From an uncultured Hyphomicrobiaceae bacterium (GTDB taxonomy: Bacteria > Pseudomonadota > Alphaproteobacteria > Rhizobiales > Rhodomicrobiaceae): a stretch of DNA of 61,834 bases. The stretch lies in NCBI GenBank assembly GCA_964466965.1, contig CAYXPZ010000002.1, forward strand, positions 1 to 61,834. Reading direction: 5' to 3'. This document shows positions 10,036 through 21,083 of this stretch, one piece after another (positions within the stretch are counted from its first letter, which is position 1; each line of letters begins with the position of its first letter). The translations under genes were made by a program, and so were the position numbers. The notes beneath the pieces are model-generated. The model worked only from the letters and a program-made list of their open reading frames with translations. It was not told the origin of the DNA and made no database searches.

Positions 10036-10731
10036 CTATCCTTTTTCCCGCGGCCCGAAGATCGCTGAGCCAACCCGCACCCATGTGGCGCCAAATTCCA
10101 CTGCTGTCTCGTAATCTGCGCTCATTCCCATGCTCAGCAGCGATAGACCGCATTCATCGGCGAGCTTGGCCAGGAATGCGAAGTGAATGGCGGGCTCCTC
10201 GTCGATCGGTGGAATGCACATCAGACCTTCCACCTGCAGGCCAAGCTCATCTTGGCAATAGCGCGTGAAGTCGACGGCCTCAGTCGGGGCAATTCCAGCC
10301 TTATTCGGCTCTTCGCCGGTGTTGATCTGTACGAGCAGGCGCGGCGATCGCCCGACCTCCGACATTTCACGTGAAACAGCCGCTGCTATCTTCGGCCGGT
10401 CAATTGTCTGGATCACATCGAAAAGCTCTACGGCATCGCGCGCCTTGTTGGATTGCAGTGGGCCGATCAAATGAAGTTCGACGTCAGGCCAGCGTTGCTT
10501 GAGCGCCGGCCACTTGCGCTGTGCTTCCTGAACGCGGTTTTCGCCGAAGATACGATGGCCCGCCTCGATAACCGGGATGATCGCTTTTGACCCAAAGGTC
10601 TTGGACACCGCCACAAGCCGGACCTCAGACGGATCACGTCCCGCCTCGCGCGCCGCGGTGGCGATGCGCGCGCGGACATCTGCAAGCCGCTCGGCCGGTC
10701 TCGCCGTCGTCGTTGGCTGATCCACCCGCAT
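10036..10731 (-). CDS. yggS: PLP homeostasis protein (YggS/PlpHP)
   Basis: LVAVSKT, FGENRVQE, HLIGPLQSNK, GLMCIPP, LSMGMSAD, VRVGSAIFG. Confidence 0.96.
   Translation of the reverse strand: MRVDQPTTTARPAERLADVRARIATAAREAGRDPSEVRLVAVSKTFGSKAIIPVIEAGHRIFGENRVQEAQRKWPALKQRWPDVELHLIGPLQSNKARDAVELFDVIQTIDRPKIAAAVSREMSEVGRSPRLLVQINTGEEPNKAGIAPTEAVDFTRYCQDELGLQVEGLMCIPPIDEEPAIHFAFLAKLADECGLSLLSMGMSADYETAVEFGATWVRVGSAIFGPREKG
10363..10378. promoter_or_regulatory. parS-like site (inside yggS)
   Basis: CATTTCACGTGAAACA, 14/16 match to TGTTTCACGTGAAACA. Confidence 0.7.
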
Positions 10732-10940
10732 CCTCCTTCTAGCATCAGAGCCTGCACCTCACCAGACCCCAGCGCCCTTTGCAACGGCCACGCCGTCACG
10801 CGCACGTGGAAGAAATCTTGCGATCCGGCACCTCACATCTTGACCGATCGACCGCTTTTGCCCTCATATCGCGGCGAACACAACCGGCCCGATCTCGGGC
10901 CGACGTCAGGATTTCGTGCACCTTCCAACATTCGGACATC

Positions 10941-13538
10941 ATGGCATCTGAGAGATATAACGCACCCGATCGCGAAAAATATTGGCGTGAGGTTTGGCGC
11001 GAGAACGACGCTTTTCGCACGCCGGAAACCTCTGACCGCCCGAAATACTACGTACTGGAAATGTTCCCGTATCCGTCCGGGCGCATCCATGTCGGCCACA
11101 CCCGCAATTATACCATGGGCGATGTCGTCGCCCGCTACAAGCGCGCCCGAGGATACGAAGTCCTGCACCCGATGGGTTGGGACGCCTTCGGCATGCCCGC
11201 GGAAAACGCGGCGATGGCCAAGGGGATCCACCCCAAAGAATGGACTTACGACAATATTGCCACAATGCGGGCGCAACTGCAGGAGATGGGCTTCGCGCTC
11301 GACTGGAGCCGCGAGTTCGCAACTTGCGACCCAGAATACTACGCGCAACAGCAGAAGTTGTTTCTGGACTTCCTGAAGCACGATCTCGTTTATCGCCGCA
11401 TGGCGCGGGTTAACTGGGACCCGGTGGACCAGACCGTGCTGGCTAACGAACAGGTCATCGACGGGCGCGGCTGGCGCTCTGGCGCAGTGGTCGAGCAGCG
11501 CGAACTGCCGCAGTGGTTCTTCCGGATCACGCGGTACGCGGACGATCTGCTGGAGGGTCTGAACACTCTGGACAGATGGCCGGAAAAGGTCCGGCTGATG
11601 CAAAAAAACTGGATCGGAAAGTCCGAAGGGTGTCTCATCAACTTCAAACTGTCTGGCAACCGTCCAGCCGACGCGCCTGAAACGCTCGACGTATTCACCA
11701 CGCGCCATGACACGATTTTCGGCGCCAGCTTTTGCGCCATTGCGCCAAACCACCCGCTGGCCCAGATCCTGGCGGACAACGACCCGGACCTGCGCGCTTT
11801 CATCGTCGAGTGCCAGCGCATTGGCACCAGCGAGGAAGCCATCGAGCGCGCGGAGAAGAAGGGCTATGATACCGGGCTGAAGGCCATCCACCCATTCAAG
11901 CGCAATTCGCGGCTGCGCGTATTCGTCGCCAACTTCGTGCTGATGGACTACGGCACTGGGGCGATCTTCGGATGCCCAGCGCACGACCAACGCGACCTCG
12001 ATTTCGCCCGAAAGTACCGGCTGAAGGTCAAACCGGTCGTGATCCCGGATGGCGCTGACCCCGAAAGCTTTAAGATCGGCTCGGAAGCCTACACAGGCCC
12101 CGGCCGTATCTACAATTCGGACTTCTTAAACGGCCTGAGTGTCGAGGAGGCCAAAGAGAACATCGCGGAACTCGTCGAGGAGCGCGAAATCGGCGAGCGC
12201 CAGATCAAGTTCCGCCTCCGCGACTGGGGGGTCTCGCGCCAGCGCTACTGGGGCTGCCCGATCCCGATGATCCACTGCCCGACCTGCGGCATGATCCCGG
12301 AGCGCGAGGAAAACCTCCCCGTGCTGCTCCCGGAGGACGTATCCTTCGAAAAGCCGGGCAACCCGCTCGATCATCATCCAACCTGGAAGCACATCACCTG
12401 CCCGCAATGCGGCAGCGAGGCCGAGCGCGAAACGGATACGCTTGACACATTCGTTGACTCGTCCTGGTACTTCGCCCGGTTTTGCTCGCCGCGCGCGGAC
12501 ACACCTGTCGCGAAGGCGGAGGCGGATCACTGGCTGCCGGTGGATCAGTATATCGGTGGGGTCGAACACGCGATCCTGCATCTGCTCTATGCGCGGTTCT
12601 TCACGCGCGCCATGCGGGACATGGGCTATCTCGACCTGGAGGAACCATTCGCCGGCCTGTTTACCCAGGGCATGATTGTCCACGACACCTACAAGAGCGA
12701 AAGCGGCGAATGGCTCAGCCCTGATGACGTCCGCGTCACAGATGACGGGAGCGCCGTCGAGATCAGCACGGGTGCACCGGTGAGCGTGGGCCACGCAGAG
12801 AAGATGTCGAAGTCCAAGCGCAATACGGTGGACCCCACAGACATTGTCACGCAGTTCGGAGCGGATACGGCGCGCTGGTTCATGCTCTCGGACAGCCCGC
12901 CTGAACGCGACGTGCAATGGACCGATGCTGGCGTCGAAGGCGCTTGGCGCTTCCTCCAAAAGCTAATGCGTCTTGTCAGCCAAGCAGCAGAGGATCTTTC
13001 CGAACCCGGTGCGCCGGCGCCAGAGAACTTCACCAAAACCGCCGAGGAACTTCGCCGGGCCTCGCATCGCGCGGTCAAAGCCGTCACTGGCGATTTAGAC
13101 GCACTGCGCTTCAACCGCGCCATCGCCCAGATCCACGACTTCGCCAACAAGATCGCCAGCGCTCAGCAGGCCGATTGGCGCAACCAGCCCGATTTCGCCT
13201 GGGCAATGCGCGAGGCGCTGACCTTCATGGCGCAGCTTGTGGCTCCTTTTATTCCTCACACTGGCGAGGAGTGTTGGGCGCGACTCGGGTACAACACCTT
13301 GCTTATAAACCAGCCATGGCCGGAACCTGAGGACGCGTTGCTGATTGACGATGCGATTACCATTGCCGTACAGGTCAATGGGAAGCGCCGGGCGGAGCTG
13401 ACCATCGCTCGCGATGCCGCGAAAGAGGATGTGGAGCGTGCAGCCCTCAAGCTCGAAGGGGTTCACCGCGCAATAGGCAACAAACCCGTCAAGCGTGTCA
13501 TTGTCGTGCCGCAGCGTATCGTCAACGTTGTGGCTTGA
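10941..13538 (+). CDS. leuS: leucine--tRNA ligase
   Basis: [38 protein letters not shown]; start taken at MASERYN. Confidence 0.98.
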   Translation: MASERYNAPDREKYWREVWRENDAFRTPETSDRPKYYVLEMFPYPSGRIHVGHTRNYTMGDVVARYKRARGYEVLHPMGWDAFGMPAENAAMAKGIHPKEWTYDNIATMRAQLQEMGFALDWSREFATCDPEYYAQQQKLFLDFLKHDLVYRRMARVNWDPVDQTVLANEQVIDGRGWRSGAVVEQRELPQWFFRITRYADDLLEGLNTLDRWPEKVRLMQKNWIGKSEGCLINFKLSGNRPADAPETLDVFTTRHDTIFGASFCAIAPNHPLAQILADNDPDLRAFIVECQRIGTSEEAIERAEKKGYDTGLKAIHPFKRNSRLRVFVANFVLMDYGTGAIFGCPAHDQRDLDFARKYRLKVKPVVIPDGADPESFKIGSEAYTGPGRIYNSDFLNGLSVEEAKENIAELVEEREIGERQIKFRLRDWGVSRQRYWGCPIPMIHCPTCGMIPEREENLPVLLPEDVSFEKPGNPLDHHPTWKHITCPQCGSEAERETDTLDTFVDSSWYFARFCSPRADTPVAKAEADHWLPVDQYIGGVEHAILHLLYARFFTRAMRDMGYLDLEEPFAGLFTQGMIVHDTYKSESGEWLSPDDVRVTDDGSAVEISTGAPVSVGHAEKMSKSKRNTVDPTDIVTQFGADTARWFMLSDSPPERDVQWTDAGVEGAWRFLQKLMRLVSQAAEDLSEPGAPAPENFTKTAEELRRASHRAVKAVTGDLDALRFNRAIAQIHDFANKIASAQQADWRNQPDFAWAMREALTFMAQLVAPFIPHTGEECWARLGYNTLLINQPWPEPEDALLIDDAITIAVQVNGKRRAELTIARDAAKEDVERAALKLEGVHRAIGNKPVKRVIVVPQRIVNVVA

Positions 13539-13587
13539 TTGGTGCGTAAGCTGTCCCATCGGCGGGACCTTGAGAAACGGAGCGAGT

Positions 13588-14112
13588 ATGCGAGGCACAA
13601 GACATCGATCGGCGGGCCGGCTCGTTGCCTTGTTGGCAATCATCGCTCCTTTACTTTCGGGTTGCGGCTTTCAGCCGATGTATGCCGAAGGTCCGTCCGG
13701 CGTGCAGCTCGACGAGGTGATGCGGACCGTTTCAATCTCATCGATCCCGGGCCGTGTCGGCCAGCGCCTGCGTAATGAATTGATATTCGGCACGACCGGA
13801 GGTGGGTACAGCGAAGCGCCGCGCTATAAGCTGAAAATCGCCATCAAGGAATCCGTGCAAAGCACGGTTGTTGCTAAGACCGGTAAGTCCAAGGGTCAAG
13901 CCTATCAGTTGAAAGCGGCGTTCGAACTAACCCGATTAGAGGACAATACGATCCTGTTGTCCGGCACTAGCTTCGGGCGCGCCGCATTCGACAAACTGGA
14001 TTCTACCTTCGCCGATCTCCGGGCACGGCGTGACGCAGAGAACCGCGCGGCCCGCACCGTCGCCGAAGACATTCAAACGCGCATCGCAGCGGCCCTTTCA
14101 CGGGAAGTCTGA
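13588..14112 (+). CDS. lptE: LPS assembly lipoprotein LptE
   Basis: Lipobox LSGC followed by GFQPMY; conserved leuS-lptE-holA order. Confidence 0.88.
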   Translation: MRGTRHRSAGRLVALLAIIAPLLSGCGFQPMYAEGPSGVQLDEVMRTVSISSIPGRVGQRLRNELIFGTTGGGYSEAPRYKLKIAIKESVQSTVVAKTGKSKGQAYQLKAAFELTRLEDNTILLSGTSFGRAAFDKLDSTFADLRARRDAENRAARTVAEDIQTRIAAALSREV

Positions 14113-14186
14113 GCCGCTCGACTGTGGCGGCCTACCGCTCATGACGCCGCAGCGAGCCGGCTAATAACACCTCTGGACCAGCAATC

Positions 14187-15230
14187 ATGGTTGCCGTACC
14201 GCCGTCCCGCGCTGCCAGCTACGTCCAAAAACCTGATCCGAATATCCAAGCTTTTCTGCTGCATGGCACTGATCCCGGCCTGATCAGTGATCACGGCCGA
14301 GCGATCTTCGATAACTTGAGGGCAGGCTTTCAGGACGAGCCAGAAACAATCAAGCTGAACGAAGACGATCTCGCCAAAAACCCTGATCTCATGTCGATAG
14401 AAACTCAAACCCTGTCGATGTTCTCATCGGGCAAGATTGTGCGCGTTCGTCCCGGCGGGCGCGGCGTCGCCAACCTGGCCGATTATCCATGGCACGAGAT
14501 ACTGCCCAATGTGCGCCTGGTGGTCGAGGCCGGCAATCTGAGAAAAGACGCCAAATTGCGCAAAGTGTTTGAGCAGGGCAAAAGGCTTGCGGCTATTCCC
14601 TGTCACGACGGAAGCGCGCCCGGGAACCTGTCACGCATGATCCAGAAGGCCTGCGATGACGCAGGCGTCACGATTTCGCCTGAGGCGCAGCAGCGGTTGA
14701 TGGGTTTGTTGAGCACCGACATCGGCGTCGCGCGATCGGAAGTCACTAAGCTTATCACCTATGCGGCGCAGGCTGGAACGATCACAACTGAAGATATTGA
14801 TGCGATTATCGGCGATGCCGCACAGGCGACGCTCGATATTGTCGTAGACGCGATACTCGCCAACGATCAGCGATCGGCCCTGCGCTATCTGGAAAAACTC
14901 CAGGCGAGCGGCACACCGCCGGATACCGTGCTTTCCGCGCTATCGCAACAGATCGTCAGGCTTCTCCGCTTGCGCGCGACAGTGGACGCGGGCGCCTCTG
15001 CCGACACCGCGGTCAAAGGTTTGCGGCCGCCAGTGCATTTCCGTCGTGCAGACGTGATGAAGCAGCAGATTAAAAGGTGGGACCGCCAACGACTGCAGCA
15101 AGCGCTGGAAGCCGTGTCACGCTCATTGAAGAGGGCGCGGACCCATCCGCATATCGCCCACCAGATCGCCGATGAGACCATCCTTCAGCTTCAGCGGCGG
15201 GACCGGCAGTTTTCTGCCGTATTGCGTTGA
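14187..15230 (+). CDS. holA: DNA polymerase III delta subunit
   Basis: LLHGTDPGL, SMFS, RSEVTKL, RPPVHFRR; synteny with leuS-lptE. Confidence 0.9.
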   Translation: MVAVPPSRAASYVQKPDPNIQAFLLHGTDPGLISDHGRAIFDNLRAGFQDEPETIKLNEDDLAKNPDLMSIETQTLSMFSSGKIVRVRPGGRGVANLADYPWHEILPNVRLVVEAGNLRKDAKLRKVFEQGKRLAAIPCHDGSAPGNLSRMIQKACDDAGVTISPEAQQRLMGLLSTDIGVARSEVTKLITYAAQAGTITTEDIDAIIGDAAQATLDIVVDAILANDQRSALRYLEKLQASGTPPDTVLSALSQQIVRLLRLRATVDAGASADTAVKGLRPPVHFRRADVMKQQIKRWDRQRLQQALEAVSRSLKRARTHPHIAHQIADETILQLQRRDRQFSAVLR

Positions 15231-15235
15231 GCGTT

Positions 15236-16123
15236 CTAGGCGCGCTGCCCGAGAAGCAGGGTACGCACCCCTTCGAGTTGCTCGATCGTCCGATAACGGA
15301 TGCGCAACTCGCCGCTCTCGCCGGAACCTGGCTTCAGCGCAACAGCCAGCCCTAAGGCCTCCGCGATTTCTTGCTCAAACGCGCGGGTGTCTGGGTCTTT
15401 CGCTTTCTGCTTAGAGGACGCTGAGCCGCCGCCCATTTTGTGATGCGAAAGAGCCTCGACCTCTCGAACGCTGAGCCCTTTTTCAACGATCTGCTTCGCC
15501 ACATGCTCCGCGTCATCACGTCCGATCAAGGCGCGGGCATGTCCGGGGCTAAGGTCGCCATTGCGCACCAGGGTTTGGACGCCATCGGGAAGCTTCAAGA
15601 GCCGGAGCATATTCGAAAGATGGCTACGGCTTTTCCCGATGATTTGAGACAGTTCATCCTGTTTGTAGCCAAAGCGCCCGATCAGCTCCTGATAGCCCGC
15701 GGCTTCTTCGATCGCGTTGAGATCGGTGCGCTGCACGTTCTCGATGATGGCAAGTTCGAGAGCCTCTTGATCGGTCAGTGTGCGGATGACCACAGGAAGC
15801 TGATGGAGTCCGGCAATCTGCGCCGCGCGCCACCGTCGCTCGCCCGCAACGATCTCATAATGCGTCGCATCATCCGCAGGGCGCACGACAAGCGGCTGCA
15901 CCAGACCTTTCTCCCGGATCGAGTTGGCCAACTCTTCGAGTTCAGAGGATGAGAAGCTCTGACGGGGATTCAGTGGCCCTGGCTTGATTCTATCGATGGG
16001 AAGCTGAATCTGATCGCCTTCCGGCGGACCCGTGCGCGGACGGGACGACTGGGGATCGCCAACCAGAGAGGCTAGACCGCGTCCAAGGCGATTACGGTTT
16101 GCCGAAGATGTCTGTTCAGACAT
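15236..16123 (-). CDS. parB: chromosome partitioning protein ParB
   Basis: LGRGLASL, NPRQ, GLVQPLVVR, IVAGERRWRAA, ENVQRTDL, GKSRSHLSN HTH. Confidence 0.97.
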   Translation of the reverse strand: MSEQTSSANRNRLGRGLASLVGDPQSSRPRTGPPEGDQIQLPIDRIKPGPLNPRQSFSSSELEELANSIREKGLVQPLVVRPADDATHYEIVAGERRWRAAQIAGLHQLPVVIRTLTDQEALELAIIENVQRTDLNAIEEAAGYQELIGRFGYKQDELSQIIGKSRSHLSNMLRLLKLPDGVQTLVRNGDLSPGHARALIGRDDAEHVAKQIVEKGLSVREVEALSHHKMGGGSASSKQKAKDPDTRAFEQEIAEALGLAVALKPGSGESGELRIRYRTIEQLEGVRTLLLGQRA

Positions 16124-16196
16124 GCGTGTCTCCAATAGGGCCGCCAGCGCGCGACAAGGGACAAGGGCGCGTCATGTTTTCAGAAAACGCGAAAAC

Positions 16197-17030
16197 CTAT
16201 GCCGCCGACGCGCTCTGCTCGCGATCAATAATTTCCGCAGCCAGCTGAATATAGGCCTGACTTCCGGCGCTTTTCTGATCGTAGAGCAGGATCGGTTTGC
16301 CGTGTGACGGCGCTTCGGCCACGCGGACATTCCGCGGGATCATCGTCCGGTATACCTTCTCCCCGAAGAAGCTGCGGACTTCGGTCGCGACCTCATCGGC
16401 GAGCTTGGTCCTCGGATCATGCATTGTCAGAACCACGCCGTGGATTTCCAGGGACGGGTTAAGGCTGGAGCGAACAAAGTCAATCGTGTCCTTCAGCTGG
16501 GTGATCCCCTCCAACGCGAAAAACTCGCACTGCACGGGTACCAGCACCGAATCCGCAGCGGCCATGGCGTTGACTGTCAAGATGTTCAGGGATGGCGGGC
16601 AGTCTATGAGGATATAGCGGATCTTTGGGCCATCAGGTCGATCCTCCTGCGACGCCTTCAGCGACATAATTGCGTCGCGAAGAAAATAAGCGCGGTTGGG
16701 AGCCGACGAAATCTCGGGCTCCAAGCCAGCCAGATCACGAGTGGAGGGCGCCAGATAGAGGTTCGGGATCCGGGTCTCGATCATGGCTTGCTCAAGGGCT
16801 GCGGCCCCGGCGAGCACATCGTAGGTCGAGACATTGCGCTCACTCTCGGGAAAACCCAACCCGGTGCTTGCGTTCCCCTGCGCATCGAGGTCGACAACCA
16901 GTGACGGCTGATCTATTGCGGCCAGCGCGGTTCCGAGATTGATCGCCGTGGTTGTCTTACCGACGCCGCCCTTTTGATTCGCGACGGCGAGCACGTGGAA
17001 TTGGCTCGCAGAAGATCGCTTATCCATCAC
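16197..17030 (-). CDS. parA: chromosome partitioning ATPase ParA
   Basis: NQKGGVGKTTT, DLDAQGNAS, IDCPPSL, QCEFFALEG, EAPSHG. Confidence 0.97.
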   Translation of the reverse strand: MMDKRSSASQFHVLAVANQKGGVGKTTTAINLGTALAAIDQPSLVVDLDAQGNASTGLGFPESERNVSTYDVLAGAAALEQAMIETRIPNLYLAPSTRDLAGLEPEISSAPNRAYFLRDAIMSLKASQEDRPDGPKIRYILIDCPPSLNILTVNAMAAADSVLVPVQCEFFALEGITQLKDTIDFVRSSLNPSLEIHGVVLTMHDPRTKLADEVATEVRSFFGEKVYRTMIPRNVRVAEAPSHGKPILLYDQKSAGSQAYIQLAAEIIDREQSASAA

Positions 17031-17695
17031 GTCCTACCTTCCAGCCGCTCCGGGTGTCTTATCTCAAGAATCCGTCCATCGGGCTCCGTCGCGCTTGCGT
17101 GATCTTGCGCCGCAAAGGTCCAGCTCTCGCGGGCCTCCCGGATCTCTTTCTCCACCCGCCGTCCCTTCGGAAACAGTCCGACTGTTCCGCTCTGAAAAAA
17201 AGGCTCCGACAAGTCAATGAGCTTTGTGAGCGGCGCGACTCCCCTTGCCATAATAAAATCCACTGAGGGTACTGTACCCTTGGCTGCAATCTCTTCAACG
17301 CGGCCGACATGAATTTCCACAGGCGTTCCCGTTCGCCGTGCCACATCGCGCAAAAAGGCGCACTTTCGTGCGTTGCTCTCGACCAAATGGAGGGCCACGC
17401 CTTTGTCCCGCAAAGCAATGGCGATAACCATGCCTGGAAAACCGGCGCCGCTCCCGAAATCCAGGCAAGTGCTGCCTGGGCGGATCAGCCCGGCCAGCTG
17501 GACGCTGTCGGCAAAATGCCGCTGCCAGATATCGTCGAGGCTACCCGGCGAGACCAAGTTGACGGCGTTTTGCCATTTCTGCAGAAGCGCGGCGTAGGTT
17601 TTAAACGTCTCCAGCTGCGCGTCAGAGGCGTCGAAAACTTGGCGCACTGCATCCGGACCCGCGACCGGGGTTCTTACTGCCGGCCGTGACGTCAT
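17027..17695 (-). CDS. rsmG: 16S rRNA m7G527 methyltransferase
   Basis: [30 protein letters not shown]; follows mnmG. Confidence 0.95.
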   Translation of the reverse strand: MTSRPAVRTPVAGPDAVRQVFDASDAQLETFKTYAALLQKWQNAVNLVSPGSLDDIWQRHFADSVQLAGLIRPGSTCLDFGSGAGFPGMVIAIALRDKGVALHLVESNARKCAFLRDVARRTGTPVEIHVGRVEEIAAKGTVPSVDFIMARGVAPLTKLIDLSEPFFQSGTVGLFPKGRRVEKEIREARESWTFAAQDHASATEPDGRILEIRHPERLEGRT

Positions 17696-19566
17696 GCCGA
17701 CCGCTTCTGCGGCGTCTTGCGCAGATACGCGAGCAGCAACATCAACGCGGCCGGGGTCATCCCGTCAATGCGCCCGGCCTGGGCCAAACTCGCGGGTCGA
17801 TGCGACTGCAGCTTCTGCCGCGCTTCATTCGACAAACCGGGAACCGCTGCATAGTCGAAGTCCCGGGGGATCGCGATTTGTTCGTCCTTGCGGAATGCCG
17901 CGATATCGGCGTCCTGGCGTTCCACATAAACGCTGTAGCGCGCATCAATTTGCAGCCGCCGCGCGATATCCTGTTCAAGATCTTCCATTTCCGGCCAAAT
18001 CGCGGCGAGCTGTTCCCATGTCATATCCGGATAAGCCAACAGCTCGAACGCAGTGCGTCGCCGACCGTCCTGATTGAGGTTCAGCCCGTGAGCGACCGCC
18101 TCACGCGGGGTCACGCGCAACCCTTCCAAGAGCGCGCGCCCGGCGCTGAGCGCACCCTGACGCACGGCGAGCAATCTTGCCCGCGTTGACCCGACGCAGC
18201 CAATAGCCTCGCCCAACGGCGTGAGCCGCTCATCGGCATTATCGGCGCGCAACCGAAGCCGATACTCCGCGCGCGAGGTGAACATGCGATACGGTTCGCT
18301 GACCCCGCGTGTCGTGAGATCGTCGATCATCACGCCGATGTAGGCGTCAGCTCGGGAAATTGTGAAATCGCGGTTGCTGCCACTGGCGACCAGGGCCGCG
18401 TTGATGCCAGCGACAGTGCCCTGACCTGCTGCTTCTTCGTACCCTGTGGTGCCATTAATCTGGCCAGCGAGAAACAGTCTCGGCATGCGTTTCACTTCCA
18501 ACGTTGGAAGCAGTTCCCGTGGATCGATATAATCATACTCGATCGCATACCCCGCACGAATGATCTGCGCATGTTCAAGGCCCGGGATGGTCGCCACAAA
18601 CGCACGCTGCACATCTTCCGGTAAAGACGTGGAGATCCCGTTGGGATAAACCGTTGTGTCGTCGAGACCCTCGGGTTCGAGGAAGATCTGGTGGCCGGTA
18701 CGATCGGCGAATCGCACGACCTTGTCCTCGATCGATGGGCAGTACCGCGGGCCCACGCTCTCGATATTGCCTGAGTACATCGGCGCCTTATCGAGATTGG
18801 CGCGGATAATGTCATGCGTTGCGAGCCGTGTATGGGTAATGTGGCAAGCCACTTGTGGCGTAGTGATTTCGGAGGTCAGAAATGAAAACGGCTCGGGCGG
18901 ATTATCGCCCCTCTGAATTTCCAGACTGCCCCAGTCAATCGTTGTACCATCGAGCCGCGGCGGTGTCCCTGTCTTGAGCCGTCCCATGCGTAGACCCATG
19001 GCGTAGAAGCGCTCGGAGAGACCGATCGCCGGCGCATCGCCGACGCGTCCGCCGGGCGTTTGGCTGAGACCAACATGAATGACGCCTTTCAAGAACGTGC
19101 CTGACGTGATGACGACAGCCCCGGCCAGGTGACGCAGACCGTCAGCGGTGAGCACGCCGGTTACGTGCTCGCCGTCGACGATCAGATCCTCAACCGCGCT
19201 CTCCACAACCTCAAGACACGGCGTATTCGCGATTTCCGCCTGCATCGCCTGGCGATAAAGTTTGCGATCGGCCTGCGCGCGCGGCCCCTGGACGGCAGGT
19301 CCCTTCGACCGGTTTAGAACGCGGAACTGTATACCCGCCTTGTCCGCGACGCGGCCCATCACGCCGTCGAGCGCGTCGATCTCGCGCACCAGGTGACCCT
19401 TGCCTAGCCCCCCGATAGCAGGATTGCAGGACATCTCGCCGATGGCTGCGGCGCGATGGGTGATAAGCCCGGTTCTCGCACCCATGCGCGCGGCCGCGGC
19501 CGCTGCTTCGCAGCCCGCATGCCCGCCGCCGACCACAATGACGTCAAAGCGCCGATCGCTCATCAC
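17692..19566 (-). CDS. mnmG: tRNA uridine-5-carboxymethylaminomethyl modification enzyme (GidA)
   Basis: [52 protein letters not shown]. Confidence 0.98.
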   Translation of the reverse strand: MMSDRRFDVIVVGGGHAGCEAAAAAARMGARTGLITHRAAAIGEMSCNPAIGGLGKGHLVREIDALDGVMGRVADKAGIQFRVLNRSKGPAVQGPRAQADRKLYRQAMQAEIANTPCLEVVESAVEDLIVDGEHVTGVLTADGLRHLAGAVVITSGTFLKGVIHVGLSQTPGGRVGDAPAIGLSERFYAMGLRMGRLKTGTPPRLDGTTIDWGSLEIQRGDNPPEPFSFLTSEITTPQVACHITHTRLATHDIIRANLDKAPMYSGNIESVGPRYCPSIEDKVVRFADRTGHQIFLEPEGLDDTTVYPNGISTSLPEDVQRAFVATIPGLEHAQIIRAGYAIEYDYIDPRELLPTLEVKRMPRLFLAGQINGTTGYEEAAGQGTVAGINAALVASGSNRDFTISRADAYIGVMIDDLTTRGVSEPYRMFTSRAEYRLRLRADNADERLTPLGEAIGCVGSTRARLLAVRQGALSAGRALLEGLRVTPREAVAHGLNLNQDGRRRTAFELLAYPDMTWEQLAAIWPEMEDLEQDIARRLQIDARYSVYVERQDADIAAFRKDEQIAIPRDFDYAAVPGLSNEARQKLQSHRPASLAQAGRIDGMTPAALMLLLAYLRKTPQKRSA

Positions 19567-19640
19567 CTCTTCTCTCTGAGAATTCTACCGATCTAGTCCT
19601 GCGAGGAAGATAGGCGAGCACGCCGACAGCGTCAAAGCCG

Positions 19641-19656
19641 CGCTTCACGTGAAACA
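19641..19656. promoter_or_regulatory. parS-like site in the mnmE-mnmG spacer
   Basis: CGCTTCACGTGAAACA, 14/16 match to the parS consensus, intergenic and upstream of mnmG-rsmG-parAB. Confidence 0.8.
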
Positions 19657-20985
19657 CTACTTCCCGATACAGAATTGCGCGAAGACGTGGTCGAGCACCT
19701 CTTCGACGTCGATACGTCCGGTCAAGCGCCCCATGCAATCTGCGGCGCGGCGGAGGTCTTCGCAACGCAGCTCAAGATCGCTGATCGGCCCCCTGTTGAA
19801 GTCCGCCAGCGCTGCAACGGCTTGCTCGAGTTCGCGGCGATGGCGCTCTCGCGTGAGCGCAACTTCGTCACCCGCGTCCATCCGCCTAGCGGCTTCGTCT
19901 GCCAACCTATTAATCAGTTCGCTCAGACCCGCCTGCGTCTCGGCGGAAATAAGTTGATCGACTTGAAACGGTAAAACGGCGCGCGCACCGAGGAGATCGG
20001 CCTTATTCGCAACGACAAGCGTTTTGTCACCTGGCAGCGATTCGGGCGGCGGTGTTGGGTCGGCCCGCCCAGCATCTACAAGCCAGATGATGATGTGCGC
20101 GTCCATCGCCCGCGCAAGGGCGCGTCGAATGCCTTCAACTTCAACGGGCTCTTCGGTATCGCGGATCCCGGCCGTATCAGACACAATCACCGGGTAACCG
20201 TCCAGATCGAGACGAACTTCGACAACATCGCGCGTGGTGCCTGGGGTATCCGATACAATCGCCGCGTCGCGCCGCGCGAGCGCATTCAGCAGGCTAGACT
20301 TGCCGGCATTAACCGGTCCGGCGATCGCCACACGCAAACCGTCGCGCAAAATTTCGCCGCGATTTCCATCATCCAGGTGCGCCCGGATTTCCCCTTCAAG
20401 CGCTGCAATCCGCGCCGGCGCCGTATCGCTGCCGAGCTGAAGGACATCGGCCTCGTCACTGAAATCCAGATGCGCCTCAATCTCTGCAAGTGCAGAAACG
20501 ATCGCCTGCCGCCAACCATCATAGCGGTTCGCCAGCACGCCCCCGGCCTGGCGCAAGGCTTGAGCGCGCTGGGCCTCCGTTTCGGCGTCGATCAGATCCG
20601 CTAATCCCTCAACGGCGGTCAAATCCAGTTTTCCATTCTCAAAAGCTCGGCGCGCGAACTCGCCCGGCGCCGCAAGTCGCATCCCAGGCACCTCCCCGAG
20701 CGCGGAAAGAATGCCGTGAATCACCGCACGCCCGCCATGAATATGAAACTCGGCGCTATCCTCGCCCGTGAAGCTCTGCGGTCCGGGAAACCACAGAACG
20801 ATCCCTCTATCGACGACATCTTGGGTCCGAGGATTCTTCAGCGTTCGCAGGCAGGCGCAACGCGGCTCTGGAAGGCTTCCTGCAAGTTGGTGCAGCGCTT
20901 CGCCCGCCTGCGGTCCTGACACCCGGATGACGGCCACTCCGGCGCGCCCGGGCGCGCTCGACAACGCATAGATCGTGGTTTGCAT
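19657..20985 (-). CDS. mnmE: tRNA modification GTPase (TrmE)
   Basis: SFTGED, GPVNAGKSSL, GTTRD, DTAGIR, NKAD, C-terminal FCIGK. Start 20985 or 20991. Confidence 0.97.
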   Translation of the reverse strand: MQTTIYALSSAPGRAGVAVIRVSGPQAGEALHQLAGSLPEPRCACLRTLKNPRTQDVVDRGIVLWFPGPQSFTGEDSAEFHIHGGRAVIHGILSALGEVPGMRLAAPGEFARRAFENGKLDLTAVEGLADLIDAETEAQRAQALRQAGGVLANRYDGWRQAIVSALAEIEAHLDFSDEADVLQLGSDTAPARIAALEGEIRAHLDDGNRGEILRDGLRVAIAGPVNAGKSSLLNALARRDAAIVSDTPGTTRDVVEVRLDLDGYPVIVSDTAGIRDTEEPVEVEGIRRALARAMDAHIIIWLVDAGRADPTPPPESLPGDKTLVVANKADLLGARAVLPFQVDQLISAETQAGLSELINRLADEAARRMDAGDEVALTRERHRRELEQAVAALADFNRGPISDLELRCEDLRRAADCMGRLTGRIDVEEVLDHVFAQFCIGK

Positions 20986-21083
20986 ATTCATGGGTTGTAT
21001 CGCACCATGCCTCGTGTTCAAGACGCGCAACCAGGCCGTTCATCGAAAATCACCCTCGAACCGCGCGGACTGCATGAAAAGGT

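Noticed and set aside
10833-12959. 385-aa and 277-aa minus-strand ORFs
   Set aside because: Antisense shadows of leuS.
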